The position numbers and the translations under genes are program-made. A stretch of DNA of 64,000 nt from an uncultured Hungatella sp. (GTDB taxonomy: Bacteria; Bacillota; Clostridia; Lachnospirales; Lachnospiraceae), in assembly GCA_910585435.1 (NCBI GenBank), contig CAJUEJ010000001.1:122286-186285 (forward strand), in the 5' to 3' direction. The notes beneath the pieces are model-generated. The model did not search any database, had not been told where the DNA came from, and saw only the letters and a program-made list of their open reading frames with translations. Shown piece after piece: positions 58,261-64,000 of this stretch. The number at the start of each line of letters is the position of its first letter. Within the stretch, counting starts at the first letter, position 1.

Positions 58261-58295
58261 ACCCTGCAAAGCATACTGCTCTGCAGGGTTTTTTT
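58261..58295 (+). terminator. Intrinsic terminator
   Basis: accctgca/tgcagggt + T run. Confidence 0.85.
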
Positions 58296-58388
58296 AAGCG
58301 ACCTGCTGCAGGCGGAGAAGCCTGCAAAGCAGGATTCTTTTATGCATATGTGTGAAAAAAGAAATTTTATTTTGTACAGATTTACCTA

Positions 58389-58464
58389 TTGCAAATTGAG
58401 GAAGAAAGTGGTAATGTATAGATATAGAAAATTTGTATACAAACAATAATATTTGTATACAAAT
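58389..58464 (+). promoter_or_regulatory. Promoter followed by two TTTGTATACAAA palindromic operators
   Basis: TTGCAA-N17-TAATGT; perfect palindromes at 58432-58443 and 58452-58463. Confidence 0.7.
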
Positions 58465-58510
58465 AAAACCAGAAGCTACCAAACTATAAAAGAAAAGGAG
58501 AAGGAAGAAC

Positions 58511-59314
58511 ATGGACAACAAGACAAATTTTTCCCTGGAAGGTAAAGTTGCGCTGGTAACAGGTGCATCTTATGGTATTGGCTTTGCGATTGCCAAGGCT
58601 ATGGCAGGAGCCGGTGCCACCATCGTGTTCAATGACATCAAGCAGGAGCTGGTGGACAAGGGCATTGCCGCATACAAAGAGGAAGGCATCACAGCTCACG
58701 GATATGTGTGTGATGTAACAGATGAAGAAGCGGTGAATGCTATGGTTGCAAAGATCGAGGAGGAAGTAGGCGTGATTGATGTTCTCGTGAACAATGCGGG
58801 AATTATCAAACGTATTCCCATGATCGAGATGTCTGCAAAGGATTTCAGACAGGTTATCGATGTGGATTTGAATGCTCCGTTTATTGTGTCAAAGGCAGTG
58901 ATTCCGTCTATGATAAAGAAGGGACACGGAAAGATTATCAACATCTGCTCCATGATGTCTGAGTTCGGCCGTGAGACTGTATCTGCCTATGCAGCGGCAA
59001 AGGGCGGCTTAAAGATGCTGACCAGGAATATTGCTTCTGAGTACGGCGAGTACAATATTCAGTGCAACGGTATCGGGCCTGGCTACATTGCCACTCCTCA
59101 GACAGCTCCTCTCCGTGAGAAACAGCCAGACGGATCCAGACATCCGTTTGATCAGTTTATCATTGCCAAGACTCCGGCAGGACGTTGGGGCGAAGCCTCT
59201 GATTTAGGCGGACCGGCTGTATTCCTTGCATCCGATGCCTCTGACTTTGTAAACGGACAGATTCTGTATGTAGACGGCGGCATCCAGGCTTATATCGGAA
59301 AGCAGCCTTCATAA
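58511..59314 (+). CDS. Gluconate 5-dehydrogenase / KduD-DhuD-like SDR
   Basis: TGASYGIG, NNAGIIKR, CSMMSE.GRETVSAYAAAKGG, GPGYIATPQT, YIGKQP. Confidence 0.88.
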   Translation: MDNKTNFSLEGKVALVTGASYGIGFAIAKAMAGAGATIVFNDIKQELVDKGIAAYKEEGITAHGYVCDVTDEEAVNAMVAKIEEEVGVIDVLVNNAGIIKRIPMIEMSAKDFRQVIDVDLNAPFIVSKAVIPSMIKKGHGKIINICSMMSEFGRETVSAYAAAKGGLKMLTRNIASEYGEYNIQCNGIGPGYIATPQTAPLREKQPDGSRHPFDQFIIAKTPAGRWGEASDLGGPAVFLASDASDFVNGQILYVDGGIQAYIGKQPS

Positions 59315-59380
59315 TTGTGAAAATCCTGCACCGCAGCCATAGGGCAGACGGTGTGGGGGAATGTAAGAGATGTGTTTTAT

Positions 59381-59460
59381 AAAGGCACTGCCATAGGGGA
59401 AGAAGCGTACGCGTGACAGGTTCAGGCGTATGGATTATCTTGCCGGGGCAGTGCTTTTTT
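59381..59460 (+). terminator. Long hairpin terminator
   Basis: aaaggcactgcc..ggcagtgctttttt. Confidence 0.6.
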
Positions 59461-59547
59461 GTATTCCATGTACGGAATGAGATTGTTTTTTATGGGAGAC
59501 TTGTGTATAATAAGGCCAAAAAACAGGCAGAGGAGAGGTAGCGGAGG

Positions 59548-61980
59548 ATGAACATTTTAGAAGAAATAAAAAAACGGAAGGTTTTTTTTGACGGGGGCAT
59601 GGGCAGCCTTCTTCAGGCCAGGGGATTGAAGCCAGGGGAATTTCCGGAGACCTGGAATATCCTTCATCCGGAGATACTTACAGAGATTCACAGAGAGTAT
59701 CTAAAGGCGGGGTGTGATATTCTGACTACCAATACATTTGGAGCTAACAGATTAAAATATAAAGAGACAGGGGATATGGCTCTGGAAAGAGTCATAACAG
59801 CGGCAGTGGATAATGCCAGGAGAGCGGTAAAAGAGGCGGGCAGAGGATTCGTTGCCCTTGACATGGGGCCTACGGGGAAGCTGCTTAAGCCTTTGGGGGA
59901 CCTGGCTTTTGAGGACGCCTGTGCCTTATATGGCCAGGTAGTAAGAACCGGTGTGAAGGCCGGGGCGGATCTGGTGCTGATAGAGACCATGAGCGACAGC
60001 TATGAGGTGAAGGCTGCGGTGCTGGCAGCTAAGGAAAACTGCAGCCTTCCGGTGTTCGCCACCATGATATTTGACAGCAAAGGGAAGCTGCTAACAGGGG
60101 GAAATGTGGCCTCTGTAGTAGCTCTTTTGGAGGGCCTGGGGGTGGATGCCCTGGGAATCAACTGCGGCCTGGGGCCTGTACAGATGAAGGACATACTGAA
60201 AGAGATTCTGGATGTTTCTTCTGTTCCGGTGATCGTGAATCCCAATGCAGGGCTTCCCAGAAGCCAAGGGGGGAAGACAGTATACGATATTGACGGGGAG
60301 ACGTTCGCGGCTGTCATGGAGGAGCTTGCGGACATGGGGGCCAATGTGCTGGGAGGCTGCTGCGGCACCACACCGGAGCATATTGAAAAGACGGTAAGAC
60401 GGTGCAGGGACAAAAGGCAGGTGCTTGCCAGGGAGAAGAACCGCACCGTGGTTTCCTCCTACGCCCAGGCGGTGGTGATTGACAGAAAGCCGGTGATCAT
60501 CGGGGAGCGGATCAATCCTACGGGAAAGCCAAAGTTCAAGCAGGCGCTTAAAAACCATGATCTGGAATATATTTTGCAGGAAGGGGTGACCCAGCAGGAG
60601 CACGGCGCAGATGTGCTGGATGTAAATGTAGGCCTGCCGGGGATCGATGAGCCGGCCATGATGGAAGAGGTGGTGCGGGAATTGCAGAGTGTCCTGGATC
60701 TGCCTCTTCAGATCGATACTTCGGATACAGAGGCCATGGAGCGGGCCATGAGGGTTTATAATGGAAAGCCGATGATTAACTCTGTCAGCGGAAAACAGGA
60801 ATCCATGGAGGCAGTGTTCCCGCTGGTGAAGAAATACGGCGGCGTGGTGGTGGCCCTTGCTTTAGATGAGAATGGAATACCGGAGACGGCAGAGGGACGT
60901 ATAGCCATTGCCAGGAAGATTTATGAAAAGGCAGCGGAATACGGGATTAAGCCCAAGGATATTCTGGTGGACGGCCTGTGCCTGACGGTCAGCTCAGACA
61001 GCACAGGAGCCCTTACGACACTGGAAACCCTGCGGAAAGTGAGGGATGAGCTTCACGGAAAGACCATTCTGGGAGTGTCCAATATTTCTTTCGGGCTTCC
61101 TCAGAGGGAGATTATCAATGGGGCATTTTTTACCATGGCTATGGAAAACGGGCTGAATGCGGCGATTATCAATCCTAATTCCGAGACTATGATGAAGGCT
61201 TATTACAGCTTCCGGGTGCTGTCGGATCTGGATCCCCGGTGCGGGGATTATATTGAACGGTACGGTGTGCCCGCCGGTGAAGGCGGCGGTTCGGGACTTG
61301 GGGGGATATCCCGGGGCACAGACGAGAAGAGGGCGGATGTAAGCCCTGGAGATAAGCCGGAGATGACGCTGTCTGCCAGTATCAGGAAGGGATTAAAGGA
61401 TCGTGCGGCAGCAGAGGCAAGAGAGCTTTTGAAGGAGAGAGAGGCTTTGGACATCATCAACCAGGAGATGATTCCGGCACTGGATCATGTGGGGAAAGGG
61501 TTTGAGAAGGGTACTGTTTTCCTCCCCCAGCTTCTCATGAGTGCCGAGGCGGCCAAGGCGGCTTTTGAGGTGATGAAAGATCAGATGGCGGCCGACGGAC
61601 AGGCCAGGGAAAAGAAAGGGAGTATCATCCTGGCTACAGTAAAGGGGGATATTCATGACATCGGAAAGAATATTGTAAAGGTTTTGCTGGAAAACTACAG
61701 CTTTGATGTGCTGGATCTGGGAAAGGATGTTGCGCCGGAGGTTATCGTCAAGGCGGCCACAGAGGGGCAGATTCCTCTGGTGGGATTAAGCGCGCTGATG
61801 ACCACCACGGTGCCTGGCATGGAAGAGACTATCCGGCTGCTTCATAAGGAGGCGCCGTGGGTAAAGGTGATGGTGGGAGGGGCTGTGCTGACAGAAGAGT
61901 ATGCACGCACCATCGGGGCAGACTGTTACTGCAAGGATGCCATGGCATCGGTAAACTATGCCCAGACAGTTATTGGGTGA
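59548..61980 (+). CDS. metH: Cobalamin-dependent methionine synthase lacking the C-terminal reactivation domain
   Basis: DGGMG, GINC, GGCCGTTP, IGERINPTG, GVSNISFG, GDIHDIGKNIV, SALMTTT. Confidence 0.92.
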   Translation: MNILEEIKKRKVFFDGGMGSLLQARGLKPGEFPETWNILHPEILTEIHREYLKAGCDILTTNTFGANRLKYKETGDMALERVITAAVDNARRAVKEAGRGFVALDMGPTGKLLKPLGDLAFEDACALYGQVVRTGVKAGADLVLIETMSDSYEVKAAVLAAKENCSLPVFATMIFDSKGKLLTGGNVASVVALLEGLGVDALGINCGLGPVQMKDILKEILDVSSVPVIVNPNAGLPRSQGGKTVYDIDGETFAAVMEELADMGANVLGGCCGTTPEHIEKTVRRCRDKRQVLAREKNRTVVSSYAQAVVIDRKPVIIGERINPTGKPKFKQALKNHDLEYILQEGVTQQEHGADVLDVNVGLPGIDEPAMMEEVVRELQSVLDLPLQIDTSDTEAMERAMRVYNGKPMINSVSGKQESMEAVFPLVKKYGGVVVALALDENGIPETAEGRIAIARKIYEKAAEYGIKPKDILVDGLCLTVSSDSTGALTTLETLRKVRDELHGKTILGVSNISFGLPQREIINGAFFTMAMENGLNAAIINPNSETMMKAYYSFRVLSDLDPRCGDYIERYGVPAGEGGGSGLGGISRGTDEKRADVSPGDKPEMTLSASIRKGLKDRAAAEARELLKEREALDIINQEMIPALDHVGKGFEKGTVFLPQLLMSAEAAKAAFEVMKDQMAADGQAREKKGSIILATVKGDIHDIGKNIVKVLLENYSFDVLDLGKDVAPEVIVKAATEGQIPLVGLSALMTTTVPGMEETIRLLHKEAPWVKVMVGGAVLTEEYARTIGADCYCKDAMASVNYAQTVIG

Positions 61981-61987
61981 CAAGGTT

Positions 61988-62822
61988 TTATTTTCCCTGG
62001 TAAGCCTCCCGGAACAGCCGGATTTCTTTTGCGTAGCCGTCCAGCTCGTTGGGGGTTTCCAGATAAAAGGGAAGTCCCTGAAGGGCAGGATGGTTGACAA
62101 TACGGATCAGCGCCTGGGCTCCGATGCAGCCCTGGCCGATTTTGGCATGGCGGTCTTTATGGGAGCCAAGCCCGTTAAGGCTGTCATTAAGGTGGATGGC
62201 TTTTAAACGTTTCAGGCCGATGACTGTATCGAACCGGGTCAGCACCTGATCCAGATGGCCGGCGATATCGTATCCGCCGTCCCACACATGGCAGGTGTCC
62301 AGACATACCCCCATGTGGTCTGACAGTGTGACGCGATCCAGGATTTCCCGCAGCTCCTCAAAGGTTTTTCCCACCTCGCTGCCTTTTCCGGACATGGTCT
62401 CTAAAAGAACGGTGGTGTGCTGCTCCGGCTTTATAATATCGTTGAGGAGCCGGGAGATATAGGAGATACCTGTCAGCTCCCTGTCCCACATGGCTGCCGG
62501 GGTGGAAGTTATAGCAGTTTCCGGGAGTGTGTTCCAGACGGTTTAAATCGTCAGCCATGGTAAGATAGGCGAATTCTCTTACAGAATCGTCGGCGGAGCA
62601 GGCATTTAAAGTATAGGGGGCATGGGCCAGGATACGGCCGATGCCGTGTTCTCTGGCGAAGGCAAGATAGGCCTCAATATCCCCTGTATCCAGGGCCTTG
62701 GCCCTGGAACCCCGTGGGTTTCTGGTGAAAAACTGGAAGGTATTGGCATCGATTTTAACAGCCTCCTTCCCCATAGACAGATAGCCTTTGGAGGAAGAGA
62801 GGTGGCATCCGATTGAAAGCAT
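61988..62822 (-). pseudogene. nfo: Endonuclease IV split by a frameshift near 62473
   Basis: Frame 1 carries HAPY, FHPGSH; frame 2 carries [26 protein letters not shown]; 835 nt total is not a multiple of 3. Confidence 0.85.
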
Positions 62823-62872
62823 GGGAATTCTCCTTTTTCTTTTTTACTCCTGTTTCTTTTGACAAAAATATC

Positions 62873-62901
62873 TTGAAACCGTGTCATGAATATGGTATAG
62901 T
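62873..62901 (+). promoter_or_regulatory. Promoter of the candidate antitoxin RNA
   Basis: TTGAAA-N17-TATAGT with extended TG; no ORF downstream. Confidence 0.75.
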
Positions 62902-62907
62902 TTACAT

Positions 62908-63007
62908 GGAGGAAAAAGCCAGAGAAGCGGCCTACCCTCAACAGCTTACAGCATTACCCCTTTACAGGGTTTGCCGTCACTATTTGCGGTAGTGGCGGCT
63001 ATTTTTT
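62908..63007 (+). ncRNA. Candidate type I antitoxin RNA (~100 nt)
   Basis: Own promoter, terminator gccgtcacta/tagtggcggc + T run, antisense to the toxin stop codon and 3' UTR. Confidence 0.7.
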
Positions 63008-63088
63008 ACCCTTAAGAATCTGACAAAGCAGACTGATAAGGGATACAATGAATGTACAAAACAAGAAAAAATCCTGATATGTAATCAC
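62999..63088 (-). CDS. Putative holin-like type I toxin (29 aa)
   Basis: GTG start after gaaaggaggg; MITYQDFFLFCTFIVSLISLLCQILKGKK is a single TM with a basic tail. Confidence 0.8.
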   Translation of the reverse strand: MITYQDFFLFCTFIVSLISLLCQILKGKK

Positions 63089-63195
63089 TGGCAATCCCTC
63101 CTTTCTCTCGTACCCGACAGGCATGACAGCCGGAGGGTTAGCCCCTCCGTGAAAGAGGGTAAGCCGCCTTTTGCTCTCTGACTTTCTGTATCTGA

Positions 63196-63224
63196 ATTGT
63201 ATCATAATTTCCAGGATTCCACAA
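63196..63224 (-). promoter_or_regulatory. Toxin promoter
   Basis: TTGTGG-N17-TACAAT with extended TG on the minus strand. Confidence 0.55.
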
Positions 63225-63390
63225 TATCTGAAATCTGTTATGCTATTGTACCTCAAATATTTGTTACAGCCATTATAGCAGTAGCAATTTAGCAGGGAAT
63301 CGGTTATGATAGGAGTATCTTCCTTGCAGGACTTCAGAATGTGCCGGGGGGCGTAGCCGCAGCAGGAGGGAAAGGGTAAAGGAGAATTGT

Positions 63391-64000
63391 ATGATGGCGG
63401 GAAAATTGATTGACGGACATTATCATCTTGGCAGGACAGCAAAGACAACAAGATTTGAAAATGTGGAGGATTTGTTTGCATACAGGGAGGAGGCAGGGCT
63501 GGAGGCCGTATGCGTCCACAGCATTGTACAGTGGGAGACGAAAAATCTTTTGAGAAATCCGCTGGCTATCCTGGCAAAGCTTACGGATCCTAAGAGGATA
63601 TATGCCTTTGGAGGGGTGATTTATCCTCAGCCGGACAGGCAGAGTGAGCCTTTCGATTACGCCGGACAGGCTAAGGAGTTGATTTCCATGGGGTTTGACG
63701 GGATAAAGATTCAGAATAAGCCTCTCTATAAAGGGGAGTGGAGCCTTCCCTATTATCATGAAAATTTTGACGATTTTTTTGCATGGCTGGAGAAGGAGCA
63801 GATTCCTGTCATGTTTCATGTGGGAGACCCCAAGGAATTCTGGGATATAAACAGAATTCCCAAACAGATGTATGATTTCGGCTGGTATTACGGGGAGGAT
63901 TTGCCCTCCTATGAAAGCTTTTATGAGGAGACTGACCGGATGCTGAAGAAATTTCCCGGACTGAACATGACGATTCCTCATTTTTACTTTCTGTCTGACG
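63391..64000 (+). CDS. Amidohydrolase-family protein (partial, runs off the window)
   Basis: Translated by hand: MMAGKLIDGHYH..GFDGIKI..IPVMFHVGDP..FPGLNMTIPHF; open to the window end. Confidence 0.85.
   Translation, partial: MMAGKLIDGHYHLGRTAKTTRFENVEDLFAYREEAGLEAVCVHSIVQWETKNLLRNPLAILAKLTDPKRIYAFGGVIYPQPDRQSEPFDYAGQAKELISMGFDGIKIQNKPLYKGEWSLPYYHENFDDFFAWLEKEQIPVMFHVGDPKEFWDINRIPKQMYDFGWYYGEDLPSYESFYEETDRMLKKFPGLNMTIPHFYFLSD

Noticed and set aside
57116..58327. 403-aa and LQLQ-rich minus-strand ORFs
   Set aside because: Shadows of the Cys-rich gene; promoter, RBS, terminator and synonymous variation all support the plus frame
59315..59547. SAM or cobalamin riboswitch before metH
   Set aside because: No consensus elements; the hairpins lie upstream of the likely metH promoter and fit termination of the previous gene
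62465..62490. Programmed frameshift in nfo
   Set aside because: No slippery heptamer or homopolymer run at the junction
63089..63481. N-terminal 131 codons of the 160-aa minus ORF
   Set aside because: Overlaps the amidohydrolase and the toxin promoter; the SD sits before GTG 63088

Overview
Core-chromosome window from a spore-forming gut Clostridia, most consistent with Lachnospiraceae (inferred from gene content, a SASP gene and Firmicutes-type promoters). No tRNA, rRNA, CRISPR array, prophage or transposase was seen. Left to right it holds: the end of a sugar ABC operon with an uncharacterised 626-aa enzyme and a GH88 hydrolase; a bactofilin + NlpC/P60 pair divergent from a SleB-like hydrolase; a CE8 pectinesterase; a division/housekeeping operon (MFP-like, yggS, sepF, aroB, lspA, rluD, sdaAB, sdaAA); mmsA/iolA-deoR and a CdaR-GntP-glycerate kinase operon; a DUF362 lipoprotein; an SBP-MCP-CapA operon; asp23-fakA-recG; a SASP; glmS with its ribozyme; NlpC/P60 and LCP wall proteins; a GNB/LNB locus (ABC, gnpA, AraC, HexNAc kinase, nucleotidyltransferase); an SDR + flavoprotein pair; a Cys/Asn-rich repeat protein behind a sigmaK-like promoter; a KduD/DhuD-like SDR; metH; a frameshifted nfo; a type I toxin-antitoxin module; and a partial amidohydrolase. 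The best leads are the Cys-rich protein, the bactofilin-NlpC/P60 module, the TA module and its apparent 5'-3' folding switch, the unknown enzyme next to GH88, and two families of dispersed palindromic intergenic elements. All family calls come from motif recognition by eye, not from database searches.
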